DNA of 64,000 nucleotides from Octopus vulgaris (lineage: Eukaryota): NCBI GenBank assembly GCA_951406725.2, contig OX597836.1, positions 7,936,001 through 8,000,000 of the forward strand, in the 5' to 3' direction. Positions within the stretch are counted from its first letter, which is position 1, and the number at the start of each line of letters is the position of its first letter. Below, piece by piece: positions 55,601 to 64,000 of the stretch. A program made the position numbers and the translations under genes. The notes below the pieces were generated by a model, which saw nothing but the letters and a program-made list of their open reading frames with translations, searched no databases and was not told the origin of the DNA.

Positions 55601-57263
55601 TGGAGTCGACTAAACTCTCCATGGTGGTGCCCCAGCATGGCCACAGACTAATGAATGAAACAGGTTTAAAATGAAACCTTATCGTTCTTAACCCTGATAT
55701 CCTAGTATAACACACATCCTTATTAATACTTAATTTATTATATAACATCCTCATTACTGTTAACAGATAATACAAAATACAAGTGCTTATTGTTATCACT
55801 GGTGTTATGTAACACTGTCTTACTACTAATACTATTAATACACACTCTCTAATCACTACAAGTGTGGTGTGTGTGTGAGAAGGCTGCCCAATGATATCAG
55901 CAGTCCTTGTCCATAATGTAAAGGCACATGTTATGTATATTAGACTTTTGTCCAGGACTGTTGTGATTGAGCTGTAGGGATCAATGCTTGGTTTCCTGTA
56001 GAATTTAACCACATCATTGTACTTGAGTCTGTCTCGCTCTCTCTCTCACTCACTCACACACAAGCAGTGATGATAACGTTAATACATCTGTTAAGTGTTG
56101 TTATATCTCATCTAAGTTCTCACATATCTACACCCACTACATACACATTCCATAGATTGTAAGATATGCACATGCATGTGTACACCTATGTGCATCTACC
56201 CACCTACCTGTGTGTCTGACTAACACACCCACATAGGTGTAAAACAAGAAGCGAGGAAAAAAACTGTACTTGAATACCAAAGTCAGAGTAAATTTGTTTT
56301 TCGCAAGCTGTTATTCAGAGTTGAACATAGGTGCAGGCACGGCTGTGTGGTAAGAAGCATGCTTCCCAACCACATGGTTCCAGGATCAGTCCCACTGCGT
56401 AGCACCTTGGGCAAGTGTCTTCTATAACCACAGGCCAACCAAAGCCTTGTGAATGGATTTGGTAGACAGAAACTGAAAGAAACCTGTCATATGTGTGTGT
56501 GTATTTGTTATTTTTATTTGTGTTTGTCCCGCCACCACCACTTGATAACTGATGTGTGTTTAGCAGTTCGGCAAAAGGAGACTGATGGAATAAGTACTAG
56601 GCTTGCAAAATTAACTCCTGAGGTTGATTTGTTCGACTGAAGGCGATACTCCAGCATGGCCACAGCCAAATGACGAAATAATTAAAAGAATAACCGATCA
56701 GACAGTCATGAGTAGATACAGAAGTGAACTGAGCCATCGGTCAATCGAGCACTGCTCGAGAACCCGGAGCTCTGAGGAGCCCATACTCAATATGTTAACT
56801 CTACTAAATCAATGCTTAAGGACCTGGTAAACAGTTATGCCCAAGAGCCCTTAATACTCTCAGTCAACCCCTGAGCAGATAGAACAGTATACAAGGTGTC
56901 CATAAATTGCCTCTACGTCTGTAATTCATTTTATCCATTAAAGTTGAGATTCATCAATAAACTTCTTGGCAATGTTCTGATGTCCCTGATAAAACATTTT
57001 ATTTGTTTATCCGTTGTCTTTTACTTGTTTCAGCCATTTGACTGAAAGGTGCTACATGGTGGGACTGAACCTGGAACCATGTGGTTGGGAAGTATGCTTC
57101 TTACCACACAGCCATGCCTGCACCTATGTTCAACTCTGAGTAACAGCTTCAGTGAAAGACTATTTTACACTAATGACTTCTTTTGCTGAACAGCGCCACA
57201 GGGATGTAAACACACCAGCATCAGTTGTGGAACAGTGGACACATACATTTATATATGTATGTA

Positions 57264-57312
<49 letters not shown>

Positions 57313-58693
57313 ATACACACATGACAGGTTTCTTTTAGTTTCCACCTACCAAATCCACTTGCCCAAGGTGGCATGCTGTGGGACTGAACCCACAACCATG
57401 TGGTTGGGGAGCAAGCTTCTTACCACACAGTTATGCCTGTACCTATATATATATATATATATATATTAGAAGAAATGAGGTAATCAGGAGGTCAGATGGT
57501 TCATATTTACAGATATTTATTTATATATTACATTTTTTACATATATATATCATATCATTCAGATCATTAGCGCTTTCTCCCATTCTAGTGGGGTTTTCAA
57601 ATCAAAATAATTCCTTTGTGGGGAATTTTAATCATTTTATAGAGTTTCATAGTGGTGGGGAGGAACAAGACAGCACAAACACAGAAGTAGTGGTACTGAC
57701 AATCATGTTGATTTTGATGGTGATGGTTGCCACTGTTGCTACCACAAGTTTCATGTCTGCTTTTCCATGCTGGCATCAGTTGGATGGGTTTACATGGAGG
57801 TGGGGTGGGGTAGCAGCTGGACATCCTTTGCATCACTATCTCTTTTAGTAGCCTTCATTGAGACAAAAGTACGTGATGGCATGCATATCAATAATATGGC
57901 CATGGGAAAATAGCCAGTTAACTAATTCAGCTTGACATTGGTTAATTAGCTAGCTAACTGAGCCTGAGAAGAGCTAATTAAATAGTTATCGTTATCTTTC
58001 TCCATTACGTATTGAAGTCATTGGCCTGTGGCCATGCTGGGGCACCATTTTGAAGGGTTTTAATAAAACAAGTTGACTCCATTGCTTATTCTACTGGTCC
58101 CTTTTGCCAAACTGCTAAGTTATAGGGACTCAAACAAGCTAACACCAGTTCTTAAGTGATGATTATAGTAGTGGTGGACAACCACACAAATGCATGCACA
58201 CACGGGCTTCTACACAGTTTCTGTCTAACAACAAATTCACTCACAAGGCATTGGAATTGAACCTGAAACCACGTAGTTGCGAAGAAAGCCTCTTAACCAC
58301 ACAGCCATGTTAAATCGTTAGCTAACTAAACTTTCTAATAATAATAATGAGGATGCAATCTGGAATCCATGGATACTTGTGATGGTTTATGTTGGCAAGA
58401 ATTAGCCAGCACCTTGCGATAAGATCATTTCCTGTGAGGAATGGCAAGCAGACACTAATGTTTCAGATCTTTGCCTTTTAGTCCGAGAGTAAAGAAAGGA
58501 AAGATATATAAAAGACAGTATTATCACATGGTCTGGAGAAGGAAAAGAAAAAGTGACACTACCACCACTTCTATCTATGTGTGTGTGTGTATATATACAT
58601 ACACATATATATATATATATATATACACACATATGTGTATATATACATATGTATATATGTGTGTGTGTGTATGTGTGTATATATATATATATT

Positions 58694-58739
<46 letters not shown>

Positions 58740-59142
58740 ATCTTCCTCAGCCTTTGAACAATCCGACAAACAATGGCCAGGTAGTATATTATACATAGCT
58801 AGCTGAACTCCACAATAACTAGATTGATAGGAAACTAGCTGAAGTTAACAATAGCTAATTAGCTAGCGAGCTCAAGCTAACTTATTGTCTTAAATCCTCA
58901 TTGAATGCTAAAACCAGATTATGCGAGAGGCAAGCAAGGGTTTTAAACTTGAAAAGGAACCGGGCTTCCTAATTAAACCACAGCTGCACACAACAGGCAG
59001 ACATAGCTTTATTAACTAACGACGCTTTTATGTGACACCTGCTACAAACATCGTTTTCTCTTTCAAAGCCTTGCAAAACATTTCGGTTTCTTTGCTGCCG
59101 TTTCTTTGTTCTGCTCTGATCATTGAAGCTTACACTTGCACA

Positions 59143-59176
<34 letters not shown>

Positions 59177-60474
59177 GAGAAAAACCTACTCATCGGACCG
59201 CCAAACTACCAACAGTCATACACCAGTGATTAAAACTTACCTTTTCTTCTGCAACAAACAAACTGAATGTTTTGTTTTATTTTTTTAACTTCTTTTTTTT
59301 CTTTTACTTAATGTTATTATTTGGAAGGTGTACCTCCCCACACTTTCCCCATCCAATATGTATATATATTTTTGGACTTGTGTGTTCTTCCATAACCATG
59401 TCAATCAGCGAAACCCCTTTGAAGTTGTCTTTTCTTTCTCTCTTTCTAATGTGTCACGTACACACCTCTGCATTACTTTGAGAGTCAAAAACAGAATGTA
59501 TCATTTGTATGTAAAAGTAACAAAAGTTAATTTGTGAGTGTGTGTGATTTTATAGACACAGGCATGGCGATGGGGTTACGAAGTTTGCTTAACAACTCAG
59601 GTTCATTCCAACTGCATAACAGTGAGCAGGTGTCTTTTACCATTGCCCTGGGCTAACCAATGCCTTGCAAAGGGAATTCATAGATGGGTACTGTATGAAA
59701 TGGTGTGTGTGTGTGCACATACACAATTATACCGTATTTGATGGCATAAAAATGCATCAAAAAAGTTTTTAGTGCGTTAAAGTTTATGGTAGGCCTATGA
59801 CGTGTCGGATGGGTTTCCAGTTGCATACAATCAACTTAGGTCTTAGATAAGGCCCAAAATCTGAATCTATGCACATCATTTGATATATCTTTAGGCCTTT
59901 CTCTTCCACAGGTGCCCTCCACCAATGACATACCAATGTCCATACACAACAAGCACATGTTTCACTACTGTGTATCACCACATCCCCTACTTTATACTTC
60001 ATACATCACTTGAGAGATCTACCTGTAATAACTGGCCACTCAACTTACCTGTGTTGCACTTTTCATCTGAGTTAACAATAATACATTCCAACATTCCTCT
60101 CCAAACTCACTCCACTAATCTGCCACATTCAAACATCATAGGGCTAACTAACTACCCTATGGCCTTATACTCCATACACACACTCCACTCCATGTAATGT
60201 TTTGGAAGGAAAGAAGACAAAACCCAAAAGCTGAGAAGAAGAAAGAGAGGCAGGCAGACGGAGAGACAAACACCAGCCTCCTAAACTGGCCAACAAAGCA
60301 GCGAAGACATTAAAGTACAGGCAACCTACCTGAGGTCATTTGGAAGTTGTGCTTTATCCTTTTCCCAGACATAAACAGCATGTGGCACTGCCTTAATGTT
60401 GCACTGGAAACTAGCAACGCCACCTACATATGCTACTTGAGATTCAGGTTCTTGGATATATGATGTTTGAATAC
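1061..60474 (-). CDS. PRTG: Protogenin-like Ig/FN3 single-pass receptor, partial (17 coding exons in window; 5' and 3' ends not found)
   Basis: 17 exons with AG/GT boundaries and matching phases sum to 2648 nt in one frame: 3 Ig + 5 FN3 + TM + cytoplasmic. Five FN3 repeats (DCC/neogenin have six) fit the protogenin/IGDCC4 architecture. The tail 'PM...DAK' recalls the vertebrate PRTG 'PM...DAKGG' segment (from memory). Orthology is not tested. Confidence 0.85.
1304..1529. mobile_element. hAT-type MITE
   Basis: TIRs tagtggttctcaa / ttgagaaccaatg; near-identical 8-bp flanks aattaaac/tattaaac; related copy near 43847-44054. Confidence 0.65.
1698..1800 (-). CDS. PRTG: Exon: transmembrane helix
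   Basis: tttgtgtag|CC...CAC AG|gtaaga; 103 nt, phase 1-2; [34 protein letters not shown]. Confidence 0.93.
2607..3029 (-). mobile_element. Non-autonomous Helitron
   Basis: Minus strand starts TC(TC)nTATATAAAC and ends with a GC-rich subterminal motif (ggaaacgccggg) then CTAG; inserted between A and T. Confidence 0.7.
3165..3332 (-). CDS. PRTG: Exon: FN3-5 C-half plus juxtamembrane stalk
   Basis: ttaattag|GT...ACT G|gtaagt; 168 nt, phase 1-1; [55 protein letters not shown]. Confidence 0.92.
3565..4430 (+). mobile_element. Four tandem copies of tRNA-derived SINE family B (Nin-domain-like core)
   Basis: Repeated 'gctggcagaattgttag...gagttcaaatt(c)ctgc...tttgcctttcatcc...gataaaataagtacc' units. 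Confidence 0.75.
5270..5437 (-). CDS. PRTG: Exon: FN3-5, N-half
   Basis: ccatttcag|TT...AAT G|gtgagt; 168 nt, phase 1-1; [39 protein letters not shown]...SSWVQVVQN. Confidence 0.94.
7864..8095. repeat. Degenerate ~25-bp minisatellite
   Basis: Recurrent tatttccaaaa-cactagctgaccc units. Confidence 0.6.
11779..11999. mobile_element. piggyBac-like MITE family 1
   Basis: TTAA|ccctttag...ctaaaggg|ttca; related copies at ~9700-9900, 25676-25893 (inverted), ~29730-29890, 38060-38270, ~44330-44485 and ~61920-62133. Confidence 0.75.
13415..13860 (+). mobile_element. tRNA-derived SINE family A copy with tail
   Basis: 'aagctcgtttcccaaccac...ttgggcaagtcttctact...gatttggtagacagaaact' head shared with many copies in the window. 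Confidence 0.7.
15830..16040 (-). mobile_element. SINE family B copy
   Basis: Reverse complement of the 3565-4430 unit (tggtacttatttcatcaaccccaaaagg...ggcaaagttgacc). Confidence 0.7.
18131..18258 (-). CDS. PRTG: Exon: FN3-4, C-half
   Basis: ctattccag|G...GGA G|gtgagt; 128 nt, phase 2-1; [42 protein letters not shown]. Confidence 0.94.
19759..20023 (-). CDS. PRTG: Exon: FN3-3 C-part plus FN3-4 N-half
   Basis: tctgttacag|AG...AAA AC|gtaagt; 265 nt, phase 1-2; [15 protein letters not shown]...[25 protein letters not shown]...ITYTVRWSP. Confidence 0.9.
20284..20410. mobile_element. Tiny MITE with internal inverted repeat
   Basis: Ends cctttagcat / gtgttaaagg|ttaa; internal tacaagttttctcccct / aggggagaacacttgta. 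Confidence 0.5.
24459..24798 (+). mobile_element. Helentron-associated (HINE/DINE-1-like) non-autonomous element
   Basis: 5' attaccgcc...(gttt)n...tatctcaagaac...ggattcagatgaaacttt; 3' ccttggtggaggtttgagctctctgagtgctctt hairpin end typical of this class. Confidence 0.6.
26560..26876. repeat. Compound (CA)n/(TA)n microsatellite
   Basis: Direct reading; source of many spurious ORFs. Confidence 0.95.
26921..27523. mobile_element. Foldback element with ~220-bp imperfect terminal inverted repeats
   Basis: gagtaaaatagtggaatagttatatcttaaaaa...tcggtggaggaaat is mirrored by atttcctccaccgaa...tttttaagatataactattccattattttactc. Confidence 0.85.
28097..28282 (-). CDS. PRTG: Exon: FN3-3, N-part
   Basis: cccactctag|TT...CTT G|gtaagg; 186 nt, phase 1-1; [36 protein letters not shown]...LPLNDL. 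Confidence 0.92.
28497..28953. mobile_element. piggyBac-like MITE family 2 carrying an internal SINE B
   Basis: TTAA|cccttttg...caaaaggg|TTAA; SINE (~28625-28845) flanked by aacgccagctta / aacaccagttta. Confidence 0.75.
30659..30712. repeat. (TA)n microsatellite
   Basis: Direct reading. Confidence 0.95.
31945..32161 (+). mobile_element. Mariner-derived MITE
   Basis: TA-flanked TIRs tgatggggtgctgaaaagt / acttttcagcaccccctca; internal remnant [16 protein letters not shown] resembling a mariner transposase C-terminus. Confidence 0.75.
33863..34196. mobile_element. hAT (Charlie-like) MITE
   Basis: TIRs cagtagctctcaacc / ggttgagaactactg; 8-bp TSD atctagac/atctggac. Confidence 0.8.
34311..34755. 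mobile_element. piggyBac-like MITE family 2, second SINE-filled copy
   Basis: TTAA|cctttt...taggg|TTAA; colinear with 28497-28953, with SINE B at the equivalent position. Confidence 0.7.
36466..36588 (-). CDS. PRTG: Exon: FN3-2, C-part
   Basis: atttttcag|AT...CCA G|gtaaaa; 123 nt, phase 1-1; [40 protein letters not shown]. Confidence 0.93.
37739..37927 (-). CDS. PRTG: Exon: FN3-2, N-part
   Basis: ctctcttcag|CG...ACT G|gtatgc; 189 nt, phase 1-1; [43 protein letters not shown]...REYLIT. Confidence 0.93.
39362..39511 (-). CDS. PRTG: Exon: FN3-1, C-half
   Basis: ttcatacag|AA...GCC A|gtaagt; 150 nt, phase 1-1; [49 protein letters not shown] (LxPxTxY motif). Confidence 0.93.
39762..39899 (-). 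CDS. PRTG: Exon: FN3-1, N-half
   Basis: aatatcag|TG...TCA A|gtttgt; 138 nt, phase 1-1; [45 protein letters not shown]. The donor is weaker and was chosen for phase fit. Confidence 0.85.
41336..41468 (-). CDS. PRTG: Exon: Ig4, C-half
   Basis: gttaacag|CCG...AAT G|gtaaat; 133 nt, phase 0-1; [44 protein letters not shown]. Confidence 0.93.
41665..41819 (-). CDS. PRTG: Exon: Ig4, N-half
   Basis: ttctatccag|TT...ATA|gtaagt; 155 nt, phase 1-0; [51 protein letters not shown]. Confidence 0.9.
42467..42616 (-). CDS. PRTG: Exon: Ig3, C-half
   Basis: gttttatag|AT...CAA G|gtgggt; 150 nt, phase 1-1; [49 protein letters not shown]. Confidence 0.93.
42721..42772. repeat. (AG)n microsatellite
   Basis: Direct reading. 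Confidence 0.95.
43547..43675 (-). CDS. PRTG: Exon: Ig3, N-half
   Basis: cctcaccag|GT...GAA G|gtaaga; 129 nt, phase 1-1; [42 protein letters not shown]. Confidence 0.93.
45284..45450 (-). CDS. PRTG: Exon: Ig2, C-half
   Basis: atccacag|G...GAA A|gtaagt; 167 nt, phase 2-1; [27 protein letters not shown]...SQAKLVVQE (DxGxYxC motif). Confidence 0.93.
46585..46760 (-). ncRNA. Unidentified structured RNA-like element
   Basis: GC-rich. Long stem GGCCCUGGAUCCUGAG/UUCAGGUUUAAGGGCU encloses smaller stems, with G-U pairs favouring the minus strand. TTTATA lies ~30 nt upstream and TTTT follows the 3' arm. No family recognised. Confidence 0.35.
48735..49130 (-). mobile_element. SINE family A, CpG-retaining full-length copy
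   Basis: Reverse complement of the head and tail seen at 52398-52820 and 56330-56690. Confidence 0.75.
51023..51250 (-). mobile_element. Young SINE family B copy
   Basis: CpGs intact; tail (agccccttgtgggtagtaaagaaata) shared with 63200-63411. Confidence 0.85.
52398..52820 (+). mobile_element. SINE family A, full-length with internal (TA)n
   Basis: gtggctgtgtggtaagtagcttgc...ccactgcgtggcaccttgggcaagtg...gactgaaacaaataaaa. Confidence 0.85.
54466..55250 (+). mobile_element. Non-autonomous Helitron
   Basis: A|TCTATATATATAAAG...(gtct)n start; ggcaacgccggg subterminal motif and CTAG|T end; ends resemble 2607-3029. Confidence 0.75.
56330..56690 (+). mobile_element. SINE family A copy
   Basis: Colinear with 52398-52820. 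Confidence 0.8.
60330..60474 (-). CDS. PRTG: Exon: Ig domain (putative Ig2), N-half
   Basis: ctgttttag|GT...CTC AG|gtaggt; 145 nt, phase 1-2; [48 protein letters not shown] with the Ig Cys and Trp. Confidence 0.93.
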
Positions 60475-62884
60475 CTAAAACAGAGAGAACAAACACACAA
60501 ATAAAATATTGTTTACAGTCAATACATAATAATAATAATAATAATAATAATAGGTTTCAAATTTTGGTGCAAGGTCATCAACTTTAGGGGAGAAGTTAAG
60601 TTGATTACATCAACTCCAAGTGCTCAACTGGTACTTGTTTTATCAACCACAAAAAAAAAAAAAGAAAAAAAATGAAAAGCAAAGTTGACCTCCACAGAAT
60701 GTGAATTCATAGCGTAAACACCCAAAAGAAATGCCACTAAGCATTTTATCCATTTTAGTAATGACTCTGCCAGCTGGCCACCTTTAGATAACAATAACAA
60801 TCGCTTCTGTAACAATCACCCCTACCAACATAACTCGATATTTCCATCACCACAACCCTAACCCATCCACCTCGCCTTCTTAAAACATACCCCATCATCA
60901 CAAACTTGACATATGTTAGTTTGTTCTACCTGGGTTAATTTTTCTTCACAGAGTAAAATAAAAGATTCTCTTTTTTCACCCCTGTTAGAATACTGAAGAA
61001 TGCTGACCAGTGAGTTGGTCCCAAACTGAGGTGCAGTCTACCTAGCTGCTTGTAGGTACCACTGTCCCTTGAGTAAACTGTAGCTCATCAGCTAGAAACT
61101 CTCATCAATCACATCCACATACTGAAACTGAACAAAAAACTGAATTTCTTTTTTTGGTGTCCATTATGAGAGAAAGAATGGTTCCACCCATGATCATTTT
61201 ATCAATATCTCTGAGTAGGTAGATGACCAAACATCTAGCCTGAAATCTTACATCAGGGTGAACTCTGCTGAAGACACCTAAGGACCAAGTGCTGGTCCTT
61301 GGATTTCTTCATTCAAATGGGCAGCAGTGGATTTAGTCGATCACATAAAAGCAGAAAGGGTTCCTCTGTTAGGTTTCCATGCAGTTTCTGTCAACTGAAT
61401 TTCACCCTACAAGATTTCAGTCAACCTATGGCTATTGTAAAAGACACTTAAGGCACTGCAGTGGGACTGAATCTAAAACGTGTAACTCCAAAGCAAACTT
61501 ACTAACCTCACAACCTCACCTGCAGTCACATCTATTATTCCCATTATCTCCTAACTACAAATGCTGTAAAAGCAATGGACAAAGCCCCTCTCCTCTGCAC
61601 TAAAATTCAATCTGTATTTTTGAGGTCAAGGTTTTGCTGTGAGGTTGAGAAAGTTACTTCCCAACAATGTAGTCTTTGGTTCAGTCCCACTCTATGGCAC
61701 CTTTGGATAAGTGCCTTTTATTATAGCCCTGAGCCAACCAAAACCTTGTGGATGTATATAGTAGGCAGAAACTGAAAGAAGCTCATTGTGTGTTTTGTCA
61801 GAGTTAGAAAGAGCATCCAACCATAGAAACCATGCAAAACTGATAAATGGAGCTCTCTGGCTGGCCAGCTCCCAAACTGTCCAATCCATGCCAGCAAGGA
61901 AAACAGATGTAAATCCTTAAACATTTAGATTTCTTTGTCAAATATAATGATAATTTAGTCCCATTGTTTTGAACTAATCATGCATTATATTGTAGCTTTG
62001 AGATTTCGATGATGTGATTGTATATTTTTAGAATGACATTGTAGGGTAGGTGTGAGATGTTGGATTGGTCAGTATGAACACTAAACAGGTAGAAAACTTG
62101 GGCTGATATGATCGGTTTAAATGCTAAAGGGTTGAATGATGATGGTGTGTGTGTGTGTGTGTGTTTTGGAGTGCTGTACACCATTGTCTAGATATTATGT
62201 GATGGTTGTGAGAGTCAGCATCACACAAAGTGATGTTGTTTGTTCCAGTCTTCCATGAAAATTTGTCAGGCCATAGAGAAATATCTTACTTGTAAACAGG
62301 CGAAGGTTAGCAAAAGAAAATGCACCCAACTGAAAAAAACCTGCCTTAACAAATTCTGCCTGACCCTTGCAAGCATGAAAAAAATTATGGAGCCAGCTCT
62401 TTGTTGTTCTTCAGATGAGAGACCAAGCTGTCCATGGTTAGGATGCTGGTCTTTCACAAGCAGCTTTCTCTCAGGAGCAGTATGGAATATGGTACTTCCA
62501 ATCAACAAATTAGACATTAGGCTCTCAGCCATTCAATGCTTCCAGTAGTTTGTTGTAAATTCTACTTAATGGTAACTTATTAGTTCTTCGTTTAATGCTG
62601 TGTTGATATGCACCATACTAGATATAGGTGCAGAATAGCAACAACAATAACTGCTCTATTCAATTCCTCTTGAATACCTTAGCTCAGACCACCACAAATC
62701 CTACAAGCGAGCAAACAATGGTACCCCCATGTAGTCATCTAACCTGCTAGAAACAGCAGCTAAACATCCATTAAATCACACATTTTACTGTCTTCAAGGA
62801 TGTTATTGTCTGCACGGTGAATTAAGACTCAGGGCTAAAAAAAACTTACAGTTGTTGGATTGTACATTATTGTGATACCTACAT

Positions 62885-63068
62885 ACAGCAATAGAGTGTA
62901 CCTCACTGTGGTACTGACATATAGCAGTGGAGTATACCTAACTGTGGTACCAACAGCAGTGAAGTGTACCTCAGTGTGGTATCTGCTTGCAGCTAGGTAG
63001 ACTGTACTTCAATCTGGTAACCAGTTATAGCAAGGTAGATTTACTTACAGATCTACTTACAACAAGGC
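62885..63068. repeat. Degenerate ~34-bp minisatellite
   Basis: cagca-gtg(g/a)agtgtacctca-ctgtggtac units, about 5 copies. Confidence 0.65.
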
Positions 63069-63199
63069 ATGAATCTTATTGTAGCTCTTCAGTTAATAAA
63101 TAATGTAACTGTTTTTCTCATCCTTATAAAACCAAACTCAGTAAATATGAGGTATTTGTAACATATTAACTACACCTTACAAGATATATAACATACACT

Positions 63200-63411
63200 G
63201 GCAACGATCTGGCAGAAACGTTAGCACGCAGGGCGAAATGCGTAGCCGTATTTCATCTGCCATTACATTCTGAGTTCAAATTCTGCCGAGGTCGACGTTG
63301 TCTTTCATCCTTTCGGGATTGATAAATTAAGTACCAGTTACGCACTGGAGTCAATGTAATCGACTTAATCCTTTTGTCCTTGTTTAGCCCCTTGTGGGTA
63401 GTAAAGAAATA
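63200..63411 (+). mobile_element. Young SINE family B copy
   Basis: Inverted, highly similar counterpart of 51023-51250. Confidence 0.85.
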
Positions 63412-64000
63412 GATATATAACATACGAGATATATATATACTATATAATAAGGGTATTCCAAAATGAAGACAAAACCAAACATGAATTGTACAAGCAAGAC
63501 ACGATCCTCCACCTTGTCTAGGAGGATGATAAAATCAAGTAAAAACTGGCTTGGATTGGTGATAATCTGTCCAACCCAGGCTAGCATGGAAAGCAGAAAT
63601 ATAATAATGCATGAATACATATAGAGGATTGATAGCACACATTAAAAAATTATTCTTGCATTAATAAATCTATCTTTGCATATTTACACACACACACACA
63701 CACACAATCATAGTAAAGATCATGATTAAAATTATATTTCATCATCACCATTATCATCAATGTTAAATGATTGTATATATGTGTGAATGTAAATATTTTG
63801 TGTGTGTGTGTGTAATATTTATGTATCTATGTGCAAGCATCAGTGTGTTGTATATAATCGTTACTGCGATTGTATCTCAGTGCATATTAATACATACACA
63901 CATATATTCACATATACAATTGTAGTGCATATACCACTACAATGATGACAAACACACACATGCGAAAAGAAAAACCCCATATTTGCATTCATAAATATAC

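Noticed and set aside
62885-63068. Regular ~34-bp repeats as a CRISPR-like array
   Set aside because: Eukaryotic intron, degenerate contiguous units without unique spacers, no cas genes
60475-64000. Search for Ig1/signal-peptide exons
   Set aside because: No spliceable segment with Ig motifs found by eye; presumed upstream of the window

Overview
AT-rich, microsatellite- and SINE-dense eukaryotic DNA. The repeat families resemble those I associate with octopus/coleoid cephalopods (inference). The whole window lies inside one minus-strand gene. I reconstructed 17 GT-AG coding exons (60474 down to 1061) that join in one open frame of 2648 nt (~882 codons). They encode 3 Ig domains, 5 fibronectin type III domains, a transmembrane helix and the start of a cytoplasmic tail. 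This is a protogenin-like (PRTG; DCC/neogenin superfamily) receptor; its signal peptide/first Ig domain and its last exon(s) were not found and probably lie outside the window. Introns hold tRNA-derived SINEs, piggyBac-, hAT- and mariner-type MITEs, Helitron/Helentron derivatives and a 600-bp foldback. Most interesting: (i) a CpG-rich island at ~46.5-49 kb inside an intron, with promoter motifs, a phase-compatible alternative first exon or 50-aa smORF, and an unidentified structured RNA-like element; (ii) several short, frame-preserving candidate cassette exons in the 12.7-kb intron between FN3-4 and FN3-5. Most of the six-frame ORFs are microsatellite or repeat noise.
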